Assembly: GCA_951406725.2 (NCBI GenBank)
Contig: OX597821.1
Span: forward strand, 117,304,001 to 117,368,000
Direction of reading: 5' to 3'
Length of the DNA: 64,000 nt
Origin: Octopus vulgaris
Lineage: Eukaryota
The position numbers were made by a program, and so were the translations under genes. Of the stretch, positions 11,717 through 23,595 are shown piece by piece (within the stretch, counting starts at the first letter, position 1; each line of letters opens with the position of its first letter). The notes under the pieces are model-generated. The model searched no databases. It worked only from the letters and a program-made list of their open reading frames with translations, and had not been told where the DNA came from.

Positions 11717-12015
11717 CATCATCATCATCATCATCATCATCGTTTAACATCTGTTTTCCATGCTAGCATGGGTTGGATGGTTTGACCGGGGTCTGCACAA
11801 AGCTCCAGTCTGATCTGGCAGTGTTTCTAGAGCTGGATGCCCTTCCTAACGCCAACCACTCTGTGAGTGAAGTGGGTGCTTTTTATGTGCCACTGGCACA
11901 GGGGCCAGAGGAGGCTGGCAAACGGCCACGATCGGTTGGTGCTTTTACGTGTCACCGACATGGACGCCAGTCAGGTGGCGCTGGCATCAGCCACGTTCGG
12001 ACGGCGCTTTTTACC
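11717..12015 (-). mobile_element. RTE 3' end (family C)
   Basis: (CAT)n tail and family C motifs. Confidence 0.8.
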
Positions 12016-12640
12016 TAAGTTACAAGACAAAATACCAAGAGAGTCAGATGTCTACTGTTTTACTACTCCCTATTTCGTGCTTTTAACGGCAAGATAGGAA
12101 AACTTCATAAGACAGCAGCATCCAGAAATTTTTTAAATATAAAATTTGTGGAGAGTTAGGGGCTTTGAATGAATAAACAACAGAGTGGACATACAAAGTA
12201 AACAATCCACGAAGACAAACATTAAGGGCTGTTAGGCAAAGCTGAATTGTAATGGGTAATTCCTGGGAGAAATTTTTTAAAAGAAACAGAATAAATAGAA
12301 GATAAGAAAATAGTAGAAGAGAAAAAAATGTCAGGAGGAGAGAGAAATGACATCTAGGCTGATGGACATCTTATCCAGAAAAGAGAGGGGCAAGAGAAAC
12401 TGCCTGTAGTCATGTGTCAGCAACAGGCAGATGGGAAGAGGGACAAGAGAGAGGTTGAAGGAATGAAACAAAGGGAGTGAGAAGAAGGGAGAAGGAATGA
12501 AAGATAGTAGGGAGAAGGAATGAAAGATAGTAGGGAGTGGGGGAAAGTGGACCGGGAGAAACAGAAAATATAGAGGATTATAATTGGCATTTTATCCTAT
12601 ACTTAATGTGTATTTTTTATTTATTTATAATCGAATGCTA

Positions 12641-12776
12641 CAGTAGAACCTCGGGTTTTTGAACATCTCTGATCACAAATAAATCATACTTTATCTCTTG
12701 TCTTTCTCATATTCATTTAATACAGTAGAACCTCGTTTAATGCCTCTGATCACGAATAAATCATGCTTTATATATA

Positions 12777-12819
<43 letters not shown>

Positions 12820-12867
12820 CACGATTTATTCGCGATCGGGGTTGTTTTGAAAACCAAGGTACTACTG
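12641..12867. mobile_element. pogo/Tigger-like palindromic MITE (12723-12867) with a duplicated left end (12641-12690)
   Basis: TA|CAGTAGAACCTCG ... CAAGGTACTACTG|TA; inverted arms surround a (TA)n spacer. Confidence 0.7.
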
Positions 12868-12901
12868 TATATATATATAAAATTGCAAAACAATCTATAT
12901 T

Positions 12902-13365
12902 TAGTTTTCCAGTCCCTCTTGTACACATTGAGCAACAAGTTGATGCCACTGGTTTCTGTTGGCTGCAGTTTCCTCTGCATCTGGCCATGTGATATTGGCC
13001 TCTCTCACCTCAATTATGAATGTTCTCTGCCATCTAGTTTTTGCTCAACCTCTCTTTCTTGCTCCCTTTGGTGGTGTCCATTTGAAAGCTGTTTTAAAAT
13101 ATTCTTGTTCAGGCAGCCAAAGTATGGGACTTGCTACTTTTAATCTTCTTCTTCTTCTTCCTGTGATGATCTGGTTAAGTGGTCTTGTGTTGGCACTCTC
13201 TAGAATGCCTTCTTCATTGGTCATGTGGTCTTGTCAGTACATTCTCAAAAACCTTCTGAAGCATTTTTGGTGACACAAACTTAGTTTTTCAGATGGTTTT
13301 CAAGGTGTTCTTCCATGTTTCATTGGCATAAAGAACTGTGGGTGGACCTATACTATTATAGAGCC
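12902..13365 (-). pseudogene. Degenerate RTE-clade LINE ORF C-terminus (different family from C)
   Basis: Minus translation ...KCFRRFLRMY*QDHMTNEE...FKWTPPKGARKRG*AKTRWQRT...WPDAEETAANRNQWHQLVAQCVQEG matches the RTE pattern WTPxGKRKRGRPKTTWRRT...W...A.DR..WR. Confidence 0.75.
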
Positions 13366-13651
13366 AGATTATTTAGTGTGTTTGTGTGTGTATGCATGTA
13401 TATATACATATATCAAAAGTATTGGTGTCTAGAAGACCCAAAGAGTGTCAGGTAATGCTAAGTAAGTGCTATGGACAGATCGTAGTTAAGCTCTTGGTTC
13501 AATAATGATACAAATGAGGAGTCTAATGCTGGTTTTGTATTAGCATGCATATATATATATATACCTAATTCAACATTGCATCTGTTAATCCAAACAAGTT
13601 TTTTTTCTCACACCATTTTTTCCCCTCTCTCCATCTGTTTTCTCTCTCATT

Positions 13652-13690
13652 TATTTCTGTAGATGAGTGTAAACTCGAAACGTTGAAGTC
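13652..13690 (+). ncRNA. Degenerate minimal hammerhead motif in a probable Penelope-like remnant
   Basis: CUG(U)AGA-U-GAG-UGUAAA-CUC-GAAA-CGUU: one core mismatch, 3-bp stem II, ACGU palindrome retained. Confidence 0.45.
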
Positions 13691-13798
13691 TCTTCCATTT
13701 TTCCAGAGAGTTAAATTAACACACCTTGTATGTTGTTTCCTCATCTGTCTCCGTCTCTTGCTTTTTGTACAGTTTAGAACCACATATATGTGTGTGCG

Positions 13799-13838
<40 letters not shown>

Positions 13839-15067
13839 AACACACATGTACACACACACATTCAAAGACCTGGCTCGAAGTAGCATAGTTCAACCAACAG
13901 TCTGTTATACACACGCTCGCTCGTAATTTCAAGTTAAAAGATTGGATTGGAATGACAGAGGTAAAATAAAAGGAAGGGAGCTGGGCAATTAGATTAGATG
14001 CTTGAAGAAAAATGTGGCTTCCATACGATATAATATTTCAATGAAACTATGAATAAATAAAGAAATAAACACGCAGAAAAATTCTGGCTTCTTATTCATA
14101 TAGAATTTCACTATAATGGATTAAGGAACACAAAGCTCTAATATGTTGGCATAAACTAAGTTATTTAATTCAAAATCCAACCGCTACATGTCAGCATACG
14201 CCTCTGCAAGAGAATTTTGCCGATGCCACAGTCTGTCGAGTAAGAAAATAAGAGTCTGACCCTGCCTGTGGTTGATATTGGTAGAGAGTGGAAGAATGAA
14301 AGAAAAAGTGTGATGTAAGAAAATAGTAGTTTAGCTGATATAGATATATATATTTTTTGCAGAGAAACAGTAAAAAAAAAAGTCAGCTATTGTAAATTGT
14401 TTGGAGAGAAAAAAAACATATATTAAGACCAGCTGTTGTTGGAAATTATACTTATATATGTATGTCTATATGAACATTATATATATATATATAAATTTGT
14501 TTGTCATATACACCAACATTCCCTGTTTCTATCTCATACATATACATGTACAAACAGACTTTTTTTTATATATCTAACACATACACTGACACACACACAC
14601 ACACACACAAAAGGACCTAAATTCCCCCCCGCCTCCCTGTCGCTCTTACATAGTTCACTCTCTTTGGTATTAATATTTTTTGACAACATAAACAAACATT
14701 GTTTCATAAAACAATTACTTATATATATTTTTTGTATTTTCTCCATTCTATCAATTTAGTTTTAGAGACAGCAAGCTAAACTTGGTTTCCTTGGTCATAT
14801 TCGACACAAGCCTATGTACTAATACAAGACATATGACAACAATTCTGCTTATGTAAATGACATAAAAATAGGATGTAGAGATATGAGACGTTTTGGCACA
14901 GCCATTGCGGTGTCACCTATCTGGCACTGCTGATTCAACACTGACTCATTTGACACCAGACATTTTAATACCTCTCTCTCATTTTAAGTTTCTCTCTCTC
15001 TCAATGTTTACGTGTGAAAATATTTCTTATTATGTGTTTGAGGAGAGGAGAAAATGTTTATGCTAAA

Positions 15068-15555
15068 CATCATCCTCATCATTTAACATCTGTTGTCCAT
15101 ACTGGCATGGGTTGCATGGTTTGACTAGGATAGCATGCTGGAAGGCTGCGCTAGGCTCCAGTTTGATTTGGCATGGTTTTCTATGGCTGGATGCACTTCC
15201 TAATACCAACCACTCTGAGAGTGTAATGGGTGCTTTTATGTGCCACCAGCATGGGTGCCACTTGTGTGACACCGGTACCTGCCATGACTGCGACTTTGCT
15301 TGGCCTGATGAGTCTTCTCGAGCATGACATAAGGCCAAAGGTCTCAGTCATTGCCTCTGTGAGGTCTAACACTCGAAACGAACTCAGCAACCTTGCCTCC
15401 GTGAGGCCCATTTGAAATAAACTCAGCCACCTTGCCTCCGTGAGGCTCAACACTCAAAAGGAACTCAGCCACCTTGCCTCTGTGAGGCTCAACACTTGAA
15501 AGGAACTCAGCCACTTCGCCTTCGCGAGGCTCAACATTTGAAAGGAACTCAGCCA
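15068..15555 (-). mobile_element. RTE 3' end (family C) with a 39-bp tandem expansion
   Basis: (CAT)n tail at 15068; about five units ACTCAGCCACCTTGCCTCCGTGAGGCTCAACACTCGAAAGGA at 15355-15555. Confidence 0.75.
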
Positions 15556-15669
15556 AATCATCAGCATCCAAATACCAGTGCCCATATAAGATGTACATTT
15601 TTCTAGTCTAAAAAAAAACCCCACCCTGGGTCCTAAATGTGAAGTTGGGCCTATATTACATGCTTTGTC

Positions 15670-16060
15670 TTTTATCTTTTACCTGCTTCAGTTGTTAGAC
15701 TTTGGTCATGCTGGAGAACTACTTTGAAGAATTTAAACCAAATGAATCAACCTCAGAACCTTTTTAAAGCCTGGTACTTATTCTATTGGGCCTCATTTGC
15801 CGAACTGCTAAGTTACAGGGATGTAAACACACCAACACTGGTTGACAAGGTGGTGGGAAACAAACAGACACAAAGACATATACACACACATGCATGTACA
15901 CGATGGGCTTCTTTCAGTTTCCATCTACCAAATCCACTTACAAGGGTGTGGTCGGCCTGAGTCTATAGTAGAAGACTCTTGTCCAAGGAGCCACGCAATG
16001 GAACTGAACCCGGAACCATGTGGTTGGGAAGCAAGCTTCTTACCACACAGCCACACCTGC
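15670..16060 (-). mobile_element. SINE family A
   Basis: Matches the family A pattern from end to end. Confidence 0.8.
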
Positions 16061-16774
16061 TTCGATGCACTGCTGAACATTTTCTCCCAAACATGCACTG
16101 CTGAACCTGGGGTACATCTAATGTACCCAGGCATCTTTTATGCTATCAGATATGGCATTTCTTATTCATGTGAGAACATAACCCAAAATTCTTTTAACCA
16201 CCACAAATTCTAGTCAATATGCAACTAAAAAAAACACTTACTATGCTAATATACTAGAATTTATGTAGAGTACATAGAAGAAATATTTTAGCCAAGAACA
16301 TGTTTCGTCTTTTCTTAAGAACGTTTTCATGTTTTATTGGAAATGTTATTAATTTCTAGGATTTTATTATCTTTTGGACATATTTTATGAGGAAAAACAT
16401 TTATCTCTGATGAAAATATAATGTTCTCCTTGTGCAAAGAGCGATAGTTGTAATCTACTTCCAACTTCAACTAAATATCAAAAGCTAATTATTGAATATT
16501 AATTTCAATAATGAAAGGAAGGAAGCTGTCAGGAGGAATGGCAAATGAGGCAATCTAATTTGGACCAAAAACTAAAATATAACTAATGACACAAAAGACT
16601 GAACAAGGGGAATAACAATAACTAGACCCCCTCCCCTCAAATATCATACTTTGTGCCTATAGTAGAAAGGATTATTATTATTATTATCATTATTATTGGG
16701 TCAGATGTGGTGCTAAAGAAAGAGCCAGAACTCCTGACATATGCATATATGCCAATTACCTATTTGTATAAGTA

Positions 16775-16951
16775 ACAAGCTGGCGGACTCGTTAGCATAC
16801 CAGACAAAATACTTAGTGGCATTTTGTTCGTCTTTGCCTTTCATCCTTTTGAGGTTGATAAAACAAGTACTAGTTGCATACTGGGGTCAATGTAATTGAC
16901 TTATCTCCTCCCCAGAAACTGCTGGCCTTGTACCATAGTTTGAAATCATCA

Positions 16952-16994
<43 letters not shown>

Positions 16995-17442
16995 GGTGGT
17001 AAGCTGGCAGAATCGTTTGCATGCTGGACGAAATAATTACTGGCATTTCGTCTGTTTTTATGTTTTGAGTTCAAATTCTGCTGAGGTCAGCTTTTCCTTT
17101 CATCCTTTCAGGGTCGATAAATTAGGTGCCAGTGAAACACTGAGGTCGATGTGATCAACTCATCCCCTACTCCAAAATTGCTGCCCTTGTGGCAAATTTT
17201 GAAACCATCATTATTGTTATTATTAAGGTGGCAAGCTGGCAGAATCGTTAGCATGCTCGATGAAATAATTAGAGGCATTTCATATGCCTTTATGCTCTGA
17301 GCTCAAATCCCGCTGAGGTTAACTTTTCCTTTAATCCTTTCGGGGTCGATAAATTAGGTACCAGTGAAACACTGGGGTCAATGTAATCTAGTAGTCCCCC
17401 CATAAAATTTCAAACCTTGTGTCTACAGTAGAAAGGATTATT

Positions 17443-17473
<31 letters not shown>

Positions 17474-17545
17474 TTAAGTTGGCAAGCTAATGGAATTGTT
17501 AGCATGTTGGACAAAACTGCTTCGTGGTATTTCTTCTGGCTTTGT
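16775..17545 (+). mobile_element. Head-to-tail array of four family B SINEs separated by (TTA)n
   Basis: Heads at about 16775, 16993, 17224 and 17476, each followed by the family B body (the last is truncated). Confidence 0.8.
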
Positions 17546-17779
17546 TTGTTTTACATCTGTCTTTTTATGCTTGCATGGGTGGGATGAGTACATTATTTGA
17601 GTTAATGTTTTACAACTAGATGCCCTCACTGAAGCTAATCCTTACTTGTTTTTCAAGTAAGGGATCATTTATTTCATGTGGCTTTGAAGGAAAGAAGCGA
17701 TTGGACAATTTGTTGACAGGAGAAACTGACAACACAGCCCGCCACATACCCAAACAAGCTATCACAAATGTAAACACAC

Positions 17780-18970
17780 ACACACACAAGATGGTCTTCT
17801 TGCAGCTTCTGCCATCTGAATCCACTCACAATGCCCTGATTGACCTAAGGCCACTTGTTCAAGATACTTTGCCCATATACATGTGTGTATATAAAAACAA
17901 GTTCTAAGGAATGGTATTATCCATTTAGATTTGTGTGGATGTGTGGTAAGAAGCTTTCTTCCCAACCACATGGGCCCAGGTTCAATCTCACTGTGTAGCA
18001 CCTTGGACAAGTGTCTTCTACTAAATCCCAAGGTTGACCAAAGCTTTGTGAGAGGATTTGGTAGACGGAAACTGAAAGAAGCTCATTGTATATATGTGGC
18101 TGTATCTCTTTGTGTGTGTGTGTGTGTCTCTCGCTTTGTGTCTGTGTTTGTCCCCCACCACCACTTGACAAACACACACATATACATACACACAAACACA
18201 CAGCAGGCTTCCATAGTTTCTGTCCATCAAATTCACTCACGAGGCTTTAGTCAGCCTAGGGTTGGAGTAGAAGATACTTGCCCAAGGTGCTGCACAGTGG
18301 GACCGAAACTGGAATCAAGCAGTTGCAAAATGTGCCGAGGCTTTGCAGTGTAACCTTCGCTGCTTTTCATTATTACATTAGGGGCTTTGAAGTACCAGAG
18401 ATACACAAGGGTTAACTGAATTTGCTATAATCCACCCACTACATGTAAGAGAGCATCATATATCTATATCTAACTGGCCTTCACTAAAGAAGAAAAGAGG
18501 AAATGGATTTTCAATAGAAAATATTACATTAGTCAACAGAATTTTCTAAAAACAGGAAAATAATTCTATTAATTTAGGTTGAAAGTCAGCAGAAGATGAG
18601 AATTTTCACAGTCTGTTTCAAATCTGCAGGCAAAAGAATGAAAATATTCTATCAAATCAATACCAAAGACCTGATGCCACTAACAACATTTATAGACACC
18701 TAAATGTGATACAGTTATTTGTCTTGGTTCAGTCAAAAGAATTCCAGAATAATTTTCACTGAAGAAAGGTGTGCAAAACTAAAGATATATTATACAGGCG
18801 CAGGCATGGAAGTGAGGTTAAGAAGCTTGCTTTGCAATCTCATGGCTTCTGGTTCAATCTCACTGCACAGCAACTTGGACAAGTGTTTTCTACTATAACT
18901 CCAGACCAACCAATGCCTTGTAGGTGAATTTGGCAGATGGAAACTGAGTGGAAACCTGAGTGGAAGCCTA
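17780..18970. mobile_element. Cluster of family A SINEs in alternating orientation
   Basis: Minus 17780-17880, plus 17935-18170, minus 18200-18330, plus 18793-18970. Confidence 0.75.
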
Positions 18971-19829
18971 TTTCTACAATACACAAAATAGTTGAAGAAT
19001 TCTATTCGTGCGCTTCCGAATAATATTTCGTTATAAAAAATATGACAATTTTTAAAATACTGAATGGGTGTGGGTATCCACCCGAGTAAAACAGAAATCA
19101 AAGAGGTCCAAAGAGGGAAAAAATGGTTAAGAAAGACTACTCTAAGGAAAGAAGCTTCCAATGTTTTAACCATCAAAACATTATTTGTTACAAACATGAA
19201 GAAAAGTGGGAGACAGAACAGCTGTATAAATATTTGATGATGACTGCCTTGTTTTGGAATAAATTCTGCCCTTGCCTCAAGCAGGGCTCCCCACCTTCAC
19301 GTTTGGTAAATGGCGGTGGAGAACTTCACAGGGTACTTTGGACTATATCCTGCCCATATGTAATAGTAATCATCATCTTTATCCATCATGTTTTACTTGT
19401 TCCAGTCACGAGATTGCGGCCATGCTGGGGCACAGCCTTGAAGAATTCTTAGTTGAATGAATCGATCCCAGTACTTAGTGTTTGGTTTTTGGCAGGTTCA
19501 TGAAAATAGAGTGGATTGAGAGGGCTATTGATTTATGTAGCATCTACATTTAAGAGTAAAGTGTATATGGAAGGGGTTGTGGGTGGACAAAATGGCGAGG
19601 TTGATATTGAGAATAGCATTCAGGCAACATGTTGCATGGAGGAAGTGTACTGGACTTGGTGACAGTGGTTAGAGGGAAGGAGTTCTGAATGAGGGGAATG
19701 TTGATGAAACTGAAGGGTAAGATGTATGCTGCCTGTGTAAGAAGTATTACGATTTATGGGGGCCAGCTGTAGGAAGTGAATGCGGAGTAGTAGAGAAGGC
19801 TGGAAAGAAAGGATGTGAGAATGGCTTAT

Positions 19830-20030
19830 CCCTTTAGCATTCGGATTATTCTATTGAATGTGATGCTTATTTATCCATATTGTGTTGAATTGACCCAGTA
19901 TTATCTCATAGCTTTGATATTTTAATGATATGACACTGTAGGGTAGGTATGAAAGGTCAGATCTGGCCAGTTTGACCATAAAACGGGAAGAATATTTTGG
20001 CCAGATATGGCTGGTTTAAATGATAAAGAG
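19830..20030. mobile_element. piggyBac-type MITE, about 200 bp
   Basis: TTAT|CCCTTTAGCATT ... AATGATAAAGAG|TTAA; same family at 44652-44865, 39410-39937, 36700/37670 and about 63010-63210. Confidence 0.8.
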
Positions 20031-20086
20031 TTAATGGCTGAGTAATGTTGAGAGAGCGAGAGAGAGAGAGAAGAGGGGAGACAATT

Positions 20087-20484
20087 TTTTCTACTCTAGG
20101 CACAAGGCCGAAAACTTTTGGGGAGGTGGCCAATCAATTAGATCGACCCCAGTATGCAATTGGTACTTAATTTATCGACCCTGAAAGGATGAAAGGCAAA
20201 GTCGACCTCGGTGGAATTTGAACTCAAAACATAAACACAGACAAAATAACTATTTCTTTACTACCCACAAGGGGCTAAACACAGAAGGGACAAACAAGGA
20301 CAGACAAATGGATTAAGTCGATTACATTGACCCCAGTGCGTAACTGGTACTTATTTAATTGACCCCGAAAGGATGAAAGGCAAAGTCGATCTCGGTGGAA
20401 TTTGAACTCAAAACGTAAAGACAGACGAAATAACGCTAAGCATTTCACCTGGTGTGCTAATGTTTCTGCCAGCTTGCTGCCTTC
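20087..20484 (-). mobile_element. Full dimeric family B SINE
   Basis: Two central domains on the minus strand, head at about 20484. Confidence 0.85.
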
Positions 20485-21611
20485 AGAGAGGAGACAATCA
20501 ATGAATGATGGTTATCAAAGCAGTACTGGCATTGTGAAGAGAAATGGCTGAGTTGGGCTACAGAAGGATGATATAGAATAGTAAGAGGAGTGATGGAGGT
20601 AAATGCAAAAGGAAGAAGAGTAAAAGAAGACCAAAAAAGACAGGGGAAGCAAATAAGGGTTAGGGTTTAGTGAGTGGGAAATGTAGAAGACTGAGCAAAA
20701 TGAAGAAGACCATCATAATACACTGTAGGGCCAACCCTAGTTTTAGTTGGGAAAAATGGTCTGAAAATTTTTGTTGTCTTGTTTTATTTTCTACTAAATA
20801 TCTTAAAATAGAAAAATCTAGAAGTTGTCAATCCAGTTTAGGTTAAAATAAAAGCAAAAACGCTGATGGAAAACAATACTTCTTAATAATGACGGTAAAT
20901 TTATTGCTTTTCATGGGAAAACAAATCTTGAGTGAATATTGTTAGTCGTACAACAGACACATTGAGTATAGTATTCGTTTTCTGTTATATAACAACATGT
21001 ATTGTGGTGAATCAATATCACCAGATAGACAGAGGAACTTTGTAAATAAATATCAGATTACACTAGACTGAACATAATGTTATCAAAGATGAGATTATCA
21101 AGTGTTGATTTCTTATTAAGATTTCAGTGAGAAGTTTTGAAATTCAGAGTGCTGGTGGCACATAAAAAGCACCATTCGAGTGTGGTCGATGTCAGTGCCA
21201 CCTGACTGGCTCCTATGCCGAGGACATGTGAAAAAGCACCATTTGCATGTGGTCAATGCCAGTATCGCTTGACTGGTCCCCATGCTGGTGGCATGTAAAA
21301 AGTACTCACTACACTCTAGGAGTGGTTGGCATTAAGAAGGGCATCCAGTTGTAGAAACCTTGCCAGATTAGATTGGAGCCTGGTGCAGCTTCTTAGCTTG
21401 CCAGTCATCAGACTGTGTGTCTTAGTGTTTGTTCCTGGCTTACTGCTTGATTACTGGTGTTGGTTTGTTTACATCCCATAACTTAGTGATTCAGCAAAAG
21501 TGATCAAATAAGTACTGGGGTCAATTTGTTCAGCTAAACCCTTCAAAGTGGTGCCCCAGCATGGCTGTAGTCCAGTGACTGAAATGAATAAAAAAATAAA
21601 CAAACCACTAA

Positions 21612-21990
21612 TTGGAGTAAAGATTATTTGCCAACATAACATGGCAGTCCTGGTTTAGGATGAATGTTGCTGTAATTTAGCCCCAGGAGACATCATCTCC
21701 AGCTGGCTATACGACACGATCTGTGTCCTTATATTTTCGAACAAGGGAATCTAGCACCCCTACTCACCTCAAAACAATATCTGTGTTGCGTGATTTCCGG
21801 GTTATTTCCCTTCATCAGCCGAACAATCGTGTCATATAGCCAGCTGGAGATAATGTCTCCTGGGGCTAAATTACAGCAACATTTGTCCTAAACCAGGACT
21901 GCCATGTTATGTTGGCAAATAATCTTTACTCCAAAGTACCGTTGCTGAATATCTCTCATTGTGAGATTTACAAATAACAATTTTCCAATG
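21612..21990. mobile_element. Fold-back element family D: 109-bp inverted arms with a hammerhead motif in the spacer
   Basis: Arms 21612-21720 and 21826-21934 are reverse complements; minus strand CUGAUGA-A-GGG-AAAUAA-CCC-G-GAAA at 21818-21794. Confidence 0.75.
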
Positions 21991-22549
21991 TTTTGCTCTT
22001 TAGTCACCAATCTTGTGAGAAGCAGCATTTTGAAATTAAACTCCCAATTCCTTTCCAATTCTTTCTCCTCCATAGATACTAACCTCTGCACACATAACTT
22101 TCTCATCTAATACTTCCCATCAATTCTCATCACACTTGCCTATCAATATAATTGTCTCTCTAGCATAAAACTGTTCTTTCAGCTTCATATATACATAATG
22201 TCTCTCATGCACACTCAACAATTCCTGCACACCTTGTTTCTCTCCAGCCTTTGGGGATCTGAGAGACATTGATAATTGTATTATATTGGTGTGTTCGTAT
22301 TGTAACATTCCAATTCATTGATAAAAAAAAAAGTGAGAAAAGAATACTCTTTTCTTTTCTCGAAATTTTTGAGGAGGGTTCTAGTTGATTAGATCGATCC
22401 CCAGTATACAACTGGTACTTAATTTATCGACCCTGAAAGAATGAAATGCAAAGTCAACCTTGGTAGAATTTGAACTCAGAATGTAGCAGCAGATGAAATA
22501 CTGCTTGGAATTTCACCCAGTTTGCTAACCGTTCTGCCAGCTCACCACC

Positions 22550-22612
<63 letters not shown>

Positions 22613-22638
22613 TAATAATAATAATAAAAATAATAATG

Positions 22639-22678
<40 letters not shown>

Positions 22679-22721
22679 TAATAATAATAATAATAAAAAA
22701 AATAATAATAATAATAAAATA

Positions 22722-22754
<33 letters not shown>

Positions 22755-22872
22755 ATAATAATAATAATAATAAAAATAATAATAATAATAATAAAAAAAA
22801 TAATAATAATAATAAAAATAATAATAATAATAATAAAAAAAAATAATAATAATAATAAAAATAATAATGATA

Positions 22873-22911
<39 letters not shown>

Positions 22912-22931
22912 TAATAATAATAATAATAATG

Positions 22932-22980
<49 letters not shown>

Positions 22981-23004
22981 TAATAATAAATAATAATAAT
23001 AATG

Positions 23005-23050
<46 letters not shown>

Positions 23051-23078
23051 TTATGATGATGATAATGATAATAATAAT
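22550..23078. repeat. (TAA)n microsatellite of about 530 bp abutting the 5' end of a family B SINE (22350-22550, minus)
   Basis: Seen directly; explains ORFs 22522.. and 22542... Confidence 0.95.
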
Positions 23079-23289
23079 AAGTACTTGTGGCAAGTCCAAG
23101 ACAATTGACTTAAATTTTATTGGTTGACGACTACAAAATACCAAAGTTAAATAAGGATGTAGCAAACAAATGTTTTCTCATTAGTGGCTCTGTTTTTAAT
23201 TTATCATTTGTTTATAAAAATGTCCAGATATGTATTTATGGCAGTTAAGTAAACAATGTGAGACACTTAAAAATCAAGTTGGTAACAAG

Positions 23290-23595
23290 AAGCACTACAA
23301 CAGTGAATAATGGTTGTTAGATATTGAAATTTAATGGTTGCTATAAGATAACATGGAATCGTGGTTCTATTGATTGATCTTTCTGCTCGCTTTGATATTG
23401 CGGAACATAATATTTTATTGAATATTTTCCATAGGATATCAGTGTTTGGAGTTCTCTTTGAAAGACATTCATTTTTGCCTTAAAGATCAAACAAGAGAAA
23501 GAGAGTCTTTATCGGAAATATTTCTGATTCCTTGGATCATACATATACTTTGCCTCAAGGTTTATGTTTAGGATCTATATCATTCAATATTTATT
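23290..23595 (+). pseudogene. Ancient L2/CR1-group reverse transcriptase fragment
   Basis: VLLIDLSARFDIAEHNILL ... TLPQGLCLGSISFNIY resembles VLLDLSAAFDTVDHxILL ... GVPQGSxLGPxLFxIY, with frameshifts. Confidence 0.65.

Larger units (their letters stand above)
19610..20720 (+). pseudogene. Old RTE reverse transcriptase remnant interrupted by a piggyBac MITE and a family B dimer
   Basis: Translation ...GMLMKLKGKMYAACVRSITIYGGQL*EVNAE..RRLERKDVRM matches RTE LKGKLYxACVRSxMLYGSETW; a later R(G)RPKKT-like remnant lies near 20625. Confidence 0.6.
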
